Shown: positions 27,294 through 37,776, counted from the first letter of the stretch. The stretch is DNA of 64,000 nt from a virus (IMGVR_UViG_3300025418_000839:32001-96000), one strand, 5' to 3'. Made by a program: numbers and translations. The notes: generated by a model not told the origin, from the sequence alone.

Positions 27294-27905
27294 TTAAATT
27301 TCTTCTCTTAACATTTTACATTTTTCAAAGTGATATTGTTTCATCTGCGGCAATCCACCAATTTTATTGCAATGAGGACATTCAACTTTGGGTTTTGGCT
27401 TTTTCAATTTATTACGCTCTAATTCAGTCCAGACTCTGCCAGGTTTCCCTGCATTAACACCTATCAATGATTTTGAAACTTTTTCCTTGTGCCACTCTGC
27501 TAAAGGTCTGCCTTTAAGTGGACTTGGTTTACCTAATTTTTTTAGTGTCTTTAATCTTTTAGCAATAGATTTTGAAAGTTGTTTTCTACCTTTAAGGGTA
27601 TTTGAAATCTTATTACGGAGTTCTTCTGTTAAAATTCTACCAGAACACCCTTCGCCACCATTAGTCATATTTCTTAATATACCAGTACCTAAATCTTTAC
27701 GACCATATTTTTCTATTAGATTTATTTCTAATTCAAAAGCATCAATTTCACTTAAATTTTCTGCTAATATTTTAATTTTAGATTTATCTTTCGGTACTAC
27801 AACCGAATGTTTATGATCCCAAGCTCGATTGCCCTTTCCTTTACCAATATAGTAAGGTGTGTCGTTGGATTTTCTTAAATAGGCATAAACGTAATACGTG
27901 TTCAT
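27294..27905 (-). mobile_element. Free-standing GIY-YIG homing endonuclease with NUMOD3 motifs
   Basis: YVYAY..PYYIGKG, NMTNGGEG, C-terminal CPHC; AT-rich. Confidence 0.85.
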
Positions 27906-27915
27906 GTTATCTATT

Positions 27916-28308
27916 TTACGATTCAAAAGGTTCGTCTTCGTCAGCTATAGCGATAACTGCTGGTTTGATTCCTGCGTTCTGACGCATGATTGCAAGTTCG
28001 TCTGGCTCGCACTCGCATGGTTCGCAACCACAAGCAGAACAGTGACCTTCATCACCGTCAATGGCAACATCAGTGTGTGGAACTTCTACACCAGCTAGTT
28101 TTTTCATTAAATCTAATTTCTGTTGCAGGGGAGCAACCATCGAACGGGTATTAACCTGTGCTTGACCTTCAATACCATGAGTGTCAACGGGTTCACTAAC
28201 TTCAACGTCAACAACTTCTGGACGGTTAGTAACTTGTGTTTGGCTTTGGCCTGAGTCTTTAGCATCAATTACATCTGCTAGTTTACGTAGAATTTCACTT
28301 GCTCTCAT
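27916..28308 (-). CDS. Hypothetical protein (MRASEIL N-terminus; Cys cluster)
   Basis: 130 aa; CSACGCEPCEC. Confidence 0.65.
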   Translation of the reverse strand: MRASEILRKLADVIDAKDSGQSQTQVTNRPEVVDVEVSEPVDTHGIEGQAQVNTRSMVAPLQQKLDLMKKLAGVEVPHTDVAIDGDEGHCSACGCEPCECEPDELAIMRQNAGIKPAVIAIADEDEPFES

Positions 28309-28320
28309 ATCGTTCTTTCA

Positions 28321-28650
28321 TTAACCTGCTGTATATACGTTACCAGTTTTGGCTGTTGTGTTACCCGCCGCAAAATCGTTTACATATCCGCTAGCGGCCA
28401 CGTTGCCAACTTGGGTAATTGTAATAGCTGCTGAGGCACCGCCTACTGGCAACAAGCTCAGAGTATTAAATAGGCCCTGCATATTGATATCGTTTTTTCT
28501 ATTAGGTAAAACGCTGACAGGGTTGGACTGTGTAGCTGAGCCATTGATATTAGCATAGCAGGCCACGTTAGAAAATACAGTAACTTTAGTACTGTTAATC
28601 TGCGGTGTGGTGATAGCAGTCGATGTATTGTATGTTAAGGTGTATGCCAT
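28321..28650 (-). CDS. Small virion-like protein
   Basis: 109 aa T/N/A-rich, preceded by a TAAATA motif and AGGA. Confidence 0.55.
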   Translation of the reverse strand: MAYTLTYNTSTAITTPQINSTKVTVFSNVACYANINGSATQSNPVSVLPNRKNDINMQGLFNTLSLLPVGGASAAITITQVGNVAASGYVNDFAAGNTTAKTGNVYTAG

Positions 28651-28685
28651 TCTTTAAATTCCTAGGTATTAGTGTTATTTATCTG

Positions 28686-30548
28686 TTAGAACCCTGCTGC
28701 TTTAAGTCTTGCGGCCAGCTGATCCAGTGCTGAACTAACTGTGGTAACGTTGCTGGTCCAGTTTCTATAGTTGCCCATGGTGTATAGTATGGAAGCAATA
28801 TTTGCAGTACCAGAACTTTGAATATTTCCCAGAGATGCTGTAAAATAAACCACGGCCGTATTTGCTTGTAAACTACCTGCTTCAACTAGGGGACTTTGGA
28901 TACTAGTATTTGATATAAAGAATGCCGGAGTAAATGCGTTGCCTGTTAGATTAATATTACCAGCTGAAACGTTACCACTATTGTGTAGCAGATAGCTAGA
29001 TACGTTTGCGTTGCTGTATGTTGTAAATGTAGCATTAGCATAAGTTTTAAATTGACTTAGGTTAGCATTTATTCCAACGATAGTTGTATCTGTTCCTGCG
29101 GCCAAGTAACTTGCTACATTGGAGTTTGCATATACTGTACTAGTTGTAGCAAACGCGGTGTTGGCATAATTTTTAAATTGTGTTAGATTAGAATTAATAC
29201 CAATAATAGTAGCATCTGATCCTGCGGCCAAATAACCAGCAACTCTGATATTGGCGTATACAATATTATCATTGTTGCCTGACCAATGTGCTCCTCCGGT
29301 AATAATAATATTACCAGTATTGACATTACCAAATGTACCTACCCCAGTAATTGTAATTGGACCTGTGGTTAAATTAGCTGATAAACTGGTAATAGCTGAT
29401 GTGTTATTAGCAATCGCAAGATTAGCGGCCTTAAGGTTAGCGTTAATCAAATTAACATTAGCGACCACAGCTGAATTTAAAGTGTTTACATAACTGACTA
29501 CGGCAGCATTGGATGAAACTATTGCGGTATTAGCAGCAGTAACGTTGGCATTGAGTAAATTAATTGCTACAGTATTATATTGACCGTTTACTGTGGCTGT
29601 ATAAATTGCACCATTGGCCGCTGTAACATTGGCATTCACCAAATTGATTAGATTTGCAGTATATGTTTGATTGTATGTATTGGCTGCAGTAATTAGTGAG
29701 TTAGTTGTTGCTACGTTAGCATTGACAGAGGATATTTGTCCTGCTTGGCTAGCGGCGTTAGCAAATAAAGCTGTAATATTCGCAGTTGCCAGACCAAGGT
29801 TAGCATCCAATGTTTGGATGTGTAGGTTTGCCGCTGTGATATTATTACCTAGAGTTACTTCATTTGCATTATTGGTTTGTATATCACTGTATAGTACTGC
29901 GGTATTTGATACCAGTGCAGCAATGGCCACATTAGCAGCGGCCACATTGGCGTTTACTGCTGGCAAACTGGTATTAATGATTGTTGTAATGTTATTACCC
30001 AATCCAGTGACATTGTTATTTGTATTAGATAGACCTGAGGTTAATGTAGATACATTACCTTGCAGGATAGTGATGTTAGCAGAGTTATTGTTAGTGTTAC
30101 CAGTAACTGAGTTAAGATGTGATTGTAAATTACCAGTATTAGCAACTAAGTTAGCAACGCCTACACTGAGTACACCAACGTTGGCATTGAGTGAATTAAT
30201 TTCTGTTTGTATTACAGAAACGTTAGCATTAGCAAAAGTTGAAGCTACACTGACCACATAAGCATTAGCCGCATTGGTAGCAGCTACTACGCTGGCATAA
30301 CTTGCAGCGCCCGCTACGTCATTGATAGTTAGTTGAACGGCGCCAGTTCTACCTGCTACACTAGTGACACCAGGATTATAGTATGCAGTAACATTAGCAT
30401 TACCGCTGGCAAATACTATAACATTAGCATTGGCAAAAGTTGCTAGATTAGCAAAGTTTTGATCAATTATTTGAAATGCGTTGCGTAAGGGTGTGCCGGT
30501 TCCATCGTTTGGGTGAGCACCGGTATAGACGTTAGCAAAAATACTCAT
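28686..30548 (-). CDS. Baseplate/tail fibre protein
   Basis: N-terminal G..PNDGTGTPLRNAF..I..NF (T4 gp9/gp10-like); VTSVAGRTGAV repeat; coiled coil. Confidence 0.75.
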   Translation of the reverse strand: MSIFANVYTGAHPNDGTGTPLRNAFQIIDQNFANLATFANANVIVFASGNANVTAYYNPGVTSVAGRTGAVQLTINDVAGAASYASVVAATNAANAYVVSVASTFANANVSVIQTEINSLNANVGVLSVGVANLVANTGNLQSHLNSVTGNTNNNSANITILQGNVSTLTSGLSNTNNNVTGLGNNITTIINTSLPAVNANVAAANVAIAALVSNTAVLYSDIQTNNANEVTLGNNITAANLHIQTLDANLGLATANITALFANAASQAGQISSVNANVATTNSLITAANTYNQTYTANLINLVNANVTAANGAIYTATVNGQYNTVAINLLNANVTAANTAIVSSNAAVVSYVNTLNSAVVANVNLINANLKAANLAIANNTSAITSLSANLTTGPITITGVGTFGNVNTGNIIITGGAHWSGNNDNIVYANIRVAGYLAAGSDATIIGINSNLTQFKNYANTAFATTSTVYANSNVASYLAAGTDTTIVGINANLSQFKTYANATFTTYSNANVSSYLLHNSGNVSAGNINLTGNAFTPAFFISNTSIQSPLVEAGSLQANTAVVYFTASLGNIQSSGTANIASILYTMGNYRNWTSNVTTVSSALDQLAARLKAAGF

Positions 30549-30585
30549 TATTTTTTAACCTTGTTATTGAGTATTTATCTAAAAA

Positions 30586-30613
30586 GAAGAAAGCCCGCAT
30601 AAAGCGAGCTTTC
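30586..30613 (-). terminator. Terminator after uvsE
   Basis: Minus strand gaaagctcgc-tttat-gcgggcttttc followed by T-rich tract. Confidence 0.6.
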
Positions 30614-30650
30614 CGGGTACTCCAAAGTGCCGTTCGGCTTACAAGTATAT

Positions 30651-31727
30651 TTACAAGTTTAACTCTTTTGCTTGCTCATATAGGGCAAAACTAGCTAGAT
30701 TTTTACCTTTTGATTCGCATTGTATATCAAAGTATGGCCAAAAACTCAATGCCCACTCGTTAACCTGACGATTCCAGTAAAAGTCTGAATGTGCTCGTAA
30801 CTTTGCTTTTTTGTAACCTTCTACCAAAAGTGCCGAGTGGTTGGGGGCAGTGAGTGGATCATGTCCCACAAGTACATCTTCGCGGCTGACACTATAATGC
30901 ATAGCAGGACGAACACCACGCCAGCTATCAATAACTCTCGCAACACGTTCGTCCCGTGGGCTAATGTACTCGCCTTCGCGTATCCAGTGATGATGAATAT
31001 CGAGCACAATAGGTACAATATCAGAAATGGTAAGACAATCATTTAACCCCCATGCGTTTTCTTCGTTTTCGATAGTGATACAATTACGGGCTTCTGGCGA
31101 TAGTCGCTGGTATGCACGGCGGATGCCATCTGGACCTTCTCTACCGGCAATATGTACGTTGATCTTAAAATCTTGGAATTCTTTGCCATAACCCATCCAA
31201 CGGGCCATATTGGTGTGATATTCGAACTCCTCTATGGACCTATCCACGATCCCAGGATTACTCGATGCAAGCACAGTAAACTGGCCAGGATGAAAACTAA
31301 GCCTAACATTCCGAGCCTTAGCAATAGCCCCCACTCTCGCAAACGCTTGTTCGGCGTATGATACAACAGAAGAATTGCGCCAAAAGTTAGAAAAATCACT
31401 ATGGGTATAGCAAGGAAGAATATCACTGCTAAGACGCACCATACGTAGAGACTCTGGGAGCTCACTGACCCGCTCCACTAGTAATCTTGTTGATTCGATG
31501 TTTTGAACCATTAGGTCCCATAATCGTTGCTCCGCTACTTCCCTTGTTTGATTATTTAACCATCTGACGGTGGTTGTTCCAGTATTATACTTACGTGCAT
31601 CGTCTTTGGGTTTAAGACCCCCAGTTTGATCAGGACGATCAATCCATTTGCAACAGAAGCCTATTCGTTTAGTGAATGCTTGGATTTTCAATCTCCCAGT
31701 AAGTTGAACCACGTTGTTCTGTTGCAA
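30651..31727 (-). CDS. uvsE: UV-damage endonuclease UvsE
   Basis: RLSSDILP, SFHPGQFTVLAS, NVH, IENEE, LDIHHH, HSD, CESKGKN; true start may be TTG at 31691. Confidence 0.9.
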   Translation of the reverse strand: MQQNNVVQLTGRLKIQAFTKRIGFCCKWIDRPDQTGGLKPKDDARKYNTGTTTVRWLNNQTREVAEQRLWDLMVQNIESTRLLVERVSELPESLRMVRLSSDILPCYTHSDFSNFWRNSSVVSYAEQAFARVGAIAKARNVRLSFHPGQFTVLASSNPGIVDRSIEEFEYHTNMARWMGYGKEFQDFKINVHIAGREGPDGIRRAYQRLSPEARNCITIENEENAWGLNDCLTISDIVPIVLDIHHHWIREGEYISPRDERVARVIDSWRGVRPAMHYSVSREDVLVGHDPLTAPNHSALLVEGYKKAKLRAHSDFYWNRQVNEWALSFWPYFDIQCESKGKNLASFALYEQAKELNL

Positions 31728-31953
31728 TTATAGCATCTTCAAATCCCTGTTGCAAGTCTTGGCTACGTAGATCTATGGCTTGATCTAATACTTCAAGCAT
31801 AGCAACACCCACTTCATGATTTTCGGTATCTAGTAGGCTTTCACCGATGGCAACCAATTCATCAATCACAGCATCCAATTCTTGTACTGTGAGATCTTTG
31901 ACTGCTATAGTATTGTCAAGTACTCCGCGAATTATAGTTTCAGTATCTCTCAT
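31669..31953 (-). CDS. Acidic hypothetical protein
   Basis: 94 aa, ATGA-coupled. Confidence 0.6.
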   Translation of the reverse strand: MRDTETIIRGVLDNTIAVKDLTVQELDAVIDELVAIGESLLDTENHEVGVAMLEVLDQAIDLRSQDLQQGFEDAIIATEQRGSTYWEIENPSIH

Positions 31954-32144
31954 TTTAAACTCATAATATGTTTTATCACGTCATTGGCTTCTGGAAATCC
32001 CTGACGTGCTTTAGCTTCTACTGCCTGTTCAATATAGTCCAGTTGCATTTTATTTAAGTCGTTTAAAAATCCTTGTATTTGGTCACGTGGGATTTCCATA
32101 CGGAATACATTCTTTCCTGGACGAGGGGTATCTTCGGGCCACAT
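31950..32144 (-). CDS. Hypothetical protein
   Basis: 64 aa in the small-gene early cluster. Confidence 0.6.
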   Translation of the reverse strand: MWPEDTPRPGKNVFRMEIPRDQIQGFLNDLNKMQLDYIEQAVEAKARQGFPEANDVIKHIMSLK

Positions 32145-32147
32145 ATA

Positions 32148-32357
32148 TTATCCTTGCACAAATACTTCTACTGTTTGCACATGACTGACAAATTCTTCGT
32201 AAGTCATCAAACTGTAAGGGCTATGATTGTAAAACTCATAGGGCATTTTAATTCTCACACCATCTTTGTAGCACTCGTGGAAAGTCTTAATGTTATCTTC
32301 TTCAACATCATCCCAAGGGCGATATTCATAACCTAGGTAACTGTATTTTGCATTCAT
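32148..32357 (-). CDS. Hypothetical protein
   Basis: 69 aa, AAGGA SD. Confidence 0.6.
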   Translation of the reverse strand: MNAKYSYLGYEYRPWDDVEEDNIKTFHECYKDGVRIKMPYEFYNHSPYSLMTYEEFVSHVQTVEVFVQG

Positions 32358-32359
32358 GA

Positions 32360-32602
32360 TTAATCCTTAAAATAAACATTAAAAGCACGAGCATTCCGTT
32401 TGACTGTACTACGATTCTTGCGATGTGGTCCGCGATACACTATACGAAAACGGTAACCCAACTGTTTTAAACTGCGACGTAGAGATTCTAACTGACTGAT
32501 AGGAATCATACGCAACTCTGGATTAGCCTGTACTGTCATATATACATCACTAAAGCCGGCGATGAATGATTCAGTACGGAGTTCTTGTGGAACGTATGGC
32601 AT
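32360..32602 (-). CDS. Basic hypothetical protein
   Basis: 80 aa; RFRIVYRGP. Confidence 0.6.
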   Translation of the reverse strand: MPYVPQELRTESFIAGFSDVYMTVQANPELRMIPISQLESLRRSLKQLGYRFRIVYRGPHRKNRSTVKRNARAFNVYFKD

Positions 32603-32603
32603 A

Positions 32604-33020
32604 TTAGTTTGCCTCGTAAGCGGCTTTGAGTTTTTTCATAAACTCTGCACGAATCTTTGCCGCTTGCTTAGGCGTCAGCTCAATTTCAGGATATACCTGA
32701 CTTTTGACTGAGGTTTTTACTACGGCATTTTTTGCTACCACGGTGCGTGGCTTTGAAGGTTTTGCAGCTGTAAACGGATTGTCATCATTGGCTTCAGCAA
32801 CTAACACCGCTAAAATCTCTTCACGACCATTAGCAAAGTTAGTAGCAATTAATCTTTTTGCCGCTTGACTTTTAGTCATTTCAGTGTTCAAAAACTGCAT
32901 TTCAACTTCAGTGTGCCCTGCTTTACGTAAAACGTCAATACGCTTAACATCGTTAGCTACACGAAATTTTAATACACCGTTTAGTCTAGAAACACCAGCA
33001 AAAGTAACAAGTTTTGACAT
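32604..33020 (-). CDS. Hypothetical early protein
   Basis: 138 aa, AGGAG SD, strong promoter upstream. Confidence 0.7.
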   Translation of the reverse strand: MSKLVTFAGVSRLNGVLKFRVANDVKRIDVLRKAGHTEVEMQFLNTEMTKSQAAKRLIATNFANGREEILAVLVAEANDDNPFTAAKPSKPRTVVAKNAVVKTSVKSQVYPEIELTPKQAAKIRAEFMKKLKAAYEAN

Positions 33021-33041
33021 AGTTTTAGCTCCTAATTAATT

Positions 33042-33081
33042 ACTATACAAGTATTATACTATTTTGGCAATTTTGGGTCAA
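33042..33081 (-). promoter_or_regulatory. Sigma70 early promoter TTGACC-17-TATAAT
   Basis: Near-consensus; repeat of 539-573. Confidence 0.8.
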
Positions 33082-33305
33082 CCAAAAGCCTTAAATAAGC
33101 CCGCTACGCAGACTACGAAGCCCACAGCATTGACCAGCATCTGTGGCTTATTTGCAACACGTACAGTCCAGGAAAAATAGAATAAACTGCCCAGCATACC
33201 CGCTATGATATTCCAGGGGTAAAGGTTGAGGTTCATTAGGGCATACATGGCCATAATACATATTGTACCGGCCCACTGTAAAAGATCGTTGATTTTTAAC
33301 CTCAT
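33078..33305 (-). CDS. Small 3-TM membrane protein
   Basis: 75 aa hydrophobic; ATG 5 nt after the -10 box (leaderless). Confidence 0.65.
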   Translation of the reverse strand: MRLKINDLLQWAGTICIMAMYALMNLNLYPWNIIAGMLGSLFYFSWTVRVANKPQMLVNAVGFVVCVAGLFKAFG

Positions 33306-33310
33306 GCTAT

Positions 33311-33339
33311 ATTATAGCATTTTGGCAATTTAGGGTCAA
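33311..33339 (-). promoter_or_regulatory. Sigma70 promoter TTGACC-17-TATAAT (extended TG)
   Basis: ttgaccctaaattgccaaaatgctataat. Confidence 0.8.
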
Positions 33340-33340
33340 C

Positions 33341-33559
33341 TTAATGTAGGGTGCTGTTACCTAACTGCTCGCCGTCCATGATCTTAAAAATTCTAAGAAT
33401 TTTTTGTACATTCTTAGGTTGTTTGAAGGGCATATTTTCTGGTAAAAATACTGACTTTAATTCACCGTTAGGTCCTAGTATAAAACCATAGTCCTCGTCA
33501 GTGAGTTCTCCATCAATAAAACCATCTTCAAATGCCAGCTCTTCGGATAATTTGCTCAT
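33341..33559 (-). CDS. Hypothetical protein
   Basis: 72 aa, GGAG SD. Confidence 0.6.
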   Translation of the reverse strand: MSKLSEELAFEDGFIDGELTDEDYGFILGPNGELKSVFLPENMPFKQPKNVQKILRIFKIMDGEQLGNSTLH

Positions 33560-34169
33560 GATAGCTCCAGTTGTCTAATCTACTAATATACTTATCAGCT
33601 TGTTTTTTTAATTGTAACATAACTTTACGATCGTGTCTAAAATGTTTTTGATATAACCGCCACGTTCTGGTAGATTCCATTTTACGATTGTACACTATCA
33701 TTTCACTTGCAACATTAAATCCGTGAGCTAGAATTTCATCTTCACAGCCTAGGTAGTCTTGCATGGTATCATTGTAACGCAGAGTAGTTTGTGCGCGATA
33801 TCCTCGACCATGGCGATAACCTCGTTGACGGCAATAATACAGGTGAAGGTATTCATGGGTCAGTACATCAGCAATATGAAATCCTATGCTATCCCAATCG
33901 GTGCTATCAATATAACAAATTTTTTTACGAGCAGGGAAGGTCAGGGTGATAAAAATGCAAGGGTCGTCCTGTTCGTCATCGGCTGGACGGTACTCGCCCT
34001 TGATCCAAAAATTGCCAGATTCTACACGTGAGTCTCGCTCAGTATTGAACACTAACTTAGAGTCACAGAACTGCATACGGATTAAATGCGTTAATCCCTC
34101 GGGCGTGTACCGTTTACCGCGGTGTCTAACTGCGATAGTTTGTAAACGCTCGAGAGCTTTGAAGAACAT
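33528..34169 (-). CDS. Zincin-like HExxH protein
   Basis: LTHEYLHL and downstream EDEILAH. Confidence 0.55.
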   Translation of the reverse strand: MFFKALERLQTIAVRHRGKRYTPEGLTHLIRMQFCDSKLVFNTERDSRVESGNFWIKGEYRPADDEQDDPCIFITLTFPARKKICYIDSTDWDSIGFHIADVLTHEYLHLYYCRQRGYRHGRGYRAQTTLRYNDTMQDYLGCEDEILAHGFNVASEMIVYNRKMESTRTWRLYQKHFRHDRKVMLQLKKQADKYISRLDNWSYHEQIIRRAGI

Positions 34170-34849
34170 TAGATTTTATTAAAATCAGAATAAAAAAAGT
34201 GTCCACCAACACGGGCTATGTAATTTTTCTTTTTAGCCCATACTGGACGAATAGCTGCGGCATGGAAATATAGTGCATCACTGTACTTGGCTTGCCAGCT
34301 TGCATAGTTTCCTTTAAGAAGTTCTTGAGCCACACGTTGACTTTCCTCCCATCGATCATCAGAATCTTTGGGTTTGTGTACAAACATGCACTTCCATGAG
34401 AATTGACATATTGAAACGTTTTCAACTACCTTGGTTGTTTGTTTCTGTTGTTCTGGACGACCAAACCAACCAGCCTGTACCATCTTGACAGTGGTAACTT
34501 CTCGACTGCGTACAGTTTGTGTACGTTGATTCACTACCGAGCAAATTGAATCACCAAAACGGCCATCACGGACGCGGTTAATGGTAACCATGGCTACTGC
34601 CACTTTGCCTTCTTCAGGTTCACTGCCTGCTTCGTAGTAGATGTTGTGTGCAAGGCAATCGACGTCCTTGCTTGATACGTTGATGTCCACTATGGGACTC
34701 ATAATAGCATCAACTAAATTGTCCAAGCGCAATTGAGCTTGTGCTTTAACTGTGCCAAACACGGTGTTTGACTGTACTTCTTCTGCATGACCGGGTGCCA
34801 TTACGGTCAGGGCTAATATTGCTACGATAGATAAAAATATCGTTCTCAT
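34169..34849 (-). CDS. SleB/CwlJ-type cell wall hydrolase (Hydrolase_2)
   Basis: CLAHNIYYEAGSEP.EGKVAVAMVTINRV, CQFSW, ALYFHA, GGHFFY. Confidence 0.9.
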   Translation of the reverse strand: MRTIFLSIVAILALTVMAPGHAEEVQSNTVFGTVKAQAQLRLDNLVDAIMSPIVDINVSSKDVDCLAHNIYYEAGSEPEEGKVAVAMVTINRVRDGRFGDSICSVVNQRTQTVRSREVTTVKMVQAGWFGRPEQQKQTTKVVENVSICQFSWKCMFVHKPKDSDDRWEESQRVAQELLKGNYASWQAKYSDALYFHAAAIRPVWAKKKNYIARVGGHFFYSDFNKI

Positions 34850-34989
34850 ACTGTCCTCCTTTGGTTATACGCTTCGATAAACTGAAAGCGTTAGATATTT
34901 AAACTCATATCTAATGAGTTATAATACTATATAAGTCGTTGAAAGTCAAGGTAAGTAGTGTTTCTGAGCAAAAACCCACCATTAAAACC

Positions 34990-36873
34990 CTACTTATTCT
35001 GGTTTATATAGGTACTTAATGGTATATTTTGTTGATTTGCTTGAGCTATAATGCCAGCGGGATTTGGATCATTAGTGAGGTTAATTCCTGCGGTAGCCAA
35101 TTCTTGAGTGTTAATAAATTCAGCAATGGCCAATCTGATTGTGTCTCCGTAGACATCTGGAGTAATCAAATTAGCAAAAAATTGGTAAGTCTGTGCATCG
35201 GTTTTGTCTGATGCTGTTTGCCCAATGCTCTTTCCAAAAAACTGTAGAGTCTGTGGATACCCAGAATTGAATACAATTCCTGCTTTGTTTAAATTATTAA
35301 CTTCCGAAGTCAAATGATTCAACATTGTGTAGTAGGCCTGCTGGCTTGCTGTTAAAGCTGCACTCGACGGAATAGAATTCAATGCGCTATTTACAGCCGA
35401 CACGTTTGAATCAATCATAGTTATGTTTGGTGGTCCGACGTTGGCAGAAACTTCATTGTTATAATCAATCACAGCTTGATCAAGATTTGATACTGCGGAT
35501 GATACAGCACCGGTTAAAACTGTACTGTAGTTTGTGTTTAAGGTTGCTATGTTTGCGTTATAAGGATTGCCAACTACCGCGCCCAAATAGTCGTTGATAA
35601 CAGGCGTATTGAAAGGTCCCGAACCTGTGCCCAGTGTGGCCAATAAATTATTTGCAATAGTATTTGATAATACCAAACTATTAGCATTAGCAGTTGTATA
35701 ATTTAACGTGGGATTTTCTATGGCTGACAACAGTTGAATAATACTAGACCAACTTGAAAAATATCCCTGTCCCACGTCTTTTTGTAGTAGTGCGGTAAAG
35801 GTTGGAAAGTCTGTTACACCAATGGAATTTAAATGAGCAAGAGTAGCTGGAGAAACAATAGTATTAAAATTAAGATAGTCGTTAAGAGACGTAATCGAAG
35901 CATTTGCAATAGTTACATTAGTTGCTGTTTGGATAGCTTGTAGTGCTGTACCAGTAATGCTCTTAAAGATTGATGTTATTACGTCTGTACTATTTCCAGA
36001 TACTTTTGTATTGTTTATTACATTTGCAAGTGTCGGCAAAGAAACCTGCCCAACCGAAGTAGTAGCAGTAAAAGTTGAAGGTGCTTGGCTAACAGTCTGT
36101 GAGTTTTGCGGAACCTGTGTAAGATTGTTTGTGTTCAACCCAGCAGCTGATAACTGTGCGGCTAAGTTGCCATAAGATCCCAAGCCTTGATTTAACAAAT
36201 TTTGACCAAACACATAGGGATTACTAATAGTAGATATATTATTAATATCATACATAGTTCCCCATGTTGAAATAACATTAGATATCAGCGCACCAGTATT
36301 TCCAATGCCGCCAGTTGACAAATCACGGGGACCAGTATAACCAATACCACTTTGTGCGTAGGTTTTGCCTTTTAGTAAATAAACACTGGCCACAGTATCA
36401 AACACTGAGCCGGCGTATCCGCTGGCAGTTTGATAGACGTTGGCAAAACTTTGAACTCCATTGATAAACGGTAAGTTAACCTGTGTTAGTATCGTACTAC
36501 TCATACTAGCAGTATTTGTAATAGCTACATTACTATAACCAACAATGTCATTGGCATGTATACCAGTACCGTATACAGGATTTACATAAATTCCATAATA
36601 GGTAACACCGCCCGAACTAACGGGAGTGATGTTACTGGGATAAAAATCGATTAACCATTGGCCCTGTGTTACTCCAACACCAAGGTTAGCCAATGATGCA
36701 AGAACACTTGCTGAACTGTTAGATGAACTAGCATTGGTAAAAATATTAGCAATCAGTGTGATTGGTGTGTGAGAACGAAAAGATGTAATTTCAGATATTA
36801 CTGTAGAATTTGCCGCAAGACCCTGACCATTGATAATGGTATTCTGTGCGGTTAATTGTATTGCTGAGGCCAC
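34990..36873 (-). CDS. Putative baseplate/virion protein
   Basis: 627 aa rich in N/T/S/A, adjacent to the PAAR gene. Confidence 0.5.
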   Translation of the reverse strand: MASAIQLTAQNTIINGQGLAANSTVISEITSFRSHTPITLIANIFTNASSSNSSASVLASLANLGVGVTQGQWLIDFYPSNITPVSSGGVTYYGIYVNPVYGTGIHANDIVGYSNVAITNTASMSSTILTQVNLPFINGVQSFANVYQTASGYAGSVFDTVASVYLLKGKTYAQSGIGYTGPRDLSTGGIGNTGALISNVISTWGTMYDINNISTISNPYVFGQNLLNQGLGSYGNLAAQLSAAGLNTNNLTQVPQNSQTVSQAPSTFTATTSVGQVSLPTLANVINNTKVSGNSTDVITSIFKSITGTALQAIQTATNVTIANASITSLNDYLNFNTIVSPATLAHLNSIGVTDFPTFTALLQKDVGQGYFSSWSSIIQLLSAIENPTLNYTTANANSLVLSNTIANNLLATLGTGSGPFNTPVINDYLGAVVGNPYNANIATLNTNYSTVLTGAVSSAVSNLDQAVIDYNNEVSANVGPPNITMIDSNVSAVNSALNSIPSSAALTASQQAYYTMLNHLTSEVNNLNKAGIVFNSGYPQTLQFFGKSIGQTASDKTDAQTYQFFANLITPDVYGDTIRLAIAEFINTQELATAGINLTNDPNPAGIIAQANQQNIPLSTYINQNK

Positions 36874-36876
36874 GGA

Positions 36877-37221
36877 TTACAACCCAACTTGTACAGTAGG
36901 TTCGCCTGTTGCTTCTATAGAATGATAGTTACAACTACACAAACTGCCGATACCCGGACCACCTATAACAGCTGCCGGCTTGCCTTCGATCATTACTGTA
37001 CTGCTAGTCAATACCGGCAGTACTTTTGCAACTTTACATGTAGGATTATATCCTGGTGCTTTAGGATTGGTCCAATTGCCATGCGGTGCAACTATAGCAC
37101 CTGCTGTGGCTACAGGACGGCCACCCGCTAGGACAGTTGGAGTAACAGATGCAACAGCATTAGGTGGTCCATATTTTGGATCAACTAAATCTCCGGTACA
37201 AGCAATCGGACGTCCTGGCAT
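36877..37221 (-). CDS. PAAR-like spike tip protein
   Basis: RPIAC.GD, TVLAGGRPVA, TVMIEGKPAA, CSC.H. Confidence 0.75.
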   Translation of the reverse strand: MPGRPIACTGDLVDPKYGPPNAVASVTPTVLAGGRPVATAGAIVAPHGNWTNPKAPGYNPTCKVAKVLPVLTSSTVMIEGKPAAVIGGPGIGSLCSCNYHSIEATGEPTVQVGL

Positions 37222-37222
37222 T

Positions 37223-37534
37223 TTAAGTAATTATTCCGCCTTTAGTGGCTGGCTGAATACCTGTTGTAGTGCGGATATAGTGATTTTCAATATCTTTAAT
37301 AACAGGACCATGCATGATAACATGTTCAAATTTCAGCGTTACATTAGTATTTATATCCGCAGAAATTAGGCTTTGCATCAATCCTAAACCTTGGTTACTT
37401 GGTATAACAGTACATGGACGGTTTACAGTAAAACCCGCGGGTAATTGATCTACAAATTTGGCAACGATTTCATCACCAGTTACCATCTTGAAACACACGA
37501 TATCGCCTTCTGCGTATCCTTTATTGATTAACAT
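37223..37534 (-). CDS. Conserved phage hypothetical protein (Sm-like fold possible)
   Basis: FKMVTGDEIVAK..YIRTTTGI. Confidence 0.6.
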   Translation of the reverse strand: MLINKGYAEGDIVCFKMVTGDEIVAKFVDQLPAGFTVNRPCTVIPSNQGLGLMQSLISADINTNVTLKFEHVIMHGPVIKDIENHYIRTTTGIQPATKGGIIT

Positions 37535-37537
37535 ATT

Positions 37538-37762
37538 TTATCCTTGTAAATGTTTTCTTAATTCTGTAAAACCACCAATGTACTCTTCATCTAAAAAAAT
37601 CTGTGGCAATGTACGTGCTGTTGGTACTGCTTCTAATAATTGCTCTTTGGTCCAATCTGTACTTACATTGCGTTCTTCGTATTCAATACCCTTTGCTGTG
37701 AGTAATTTTTTTGCCTGATCGCAAAATGGACAGGCGTTTTTGCTCCATACTGTAGCTTTCAT
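37538..37762 (-). CDS. grxC: Glutaredoxin
   Basis: CPFC, TLPQIF, IGGF. Confidence 0.92.
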   Translation of the reverse strand: MKATVWSKNACPFCDQAKKLLTAKGIEYEERNVSTDWTKEQLLEAVPTARTLPQIFLDEEYIGGFTELRKHLQG

Positions 37763-37776
37763 ATTACATTTCCTTC

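Noticed and set aside
24515-30261. Many plus-strand ORFs antisense to the fibre genes (also within 13-18 kb and 57-61 kb)
   Set aside because: Shadow ORFs from codon bias in A/N/T-rich genes; no SD or recognisable motifs
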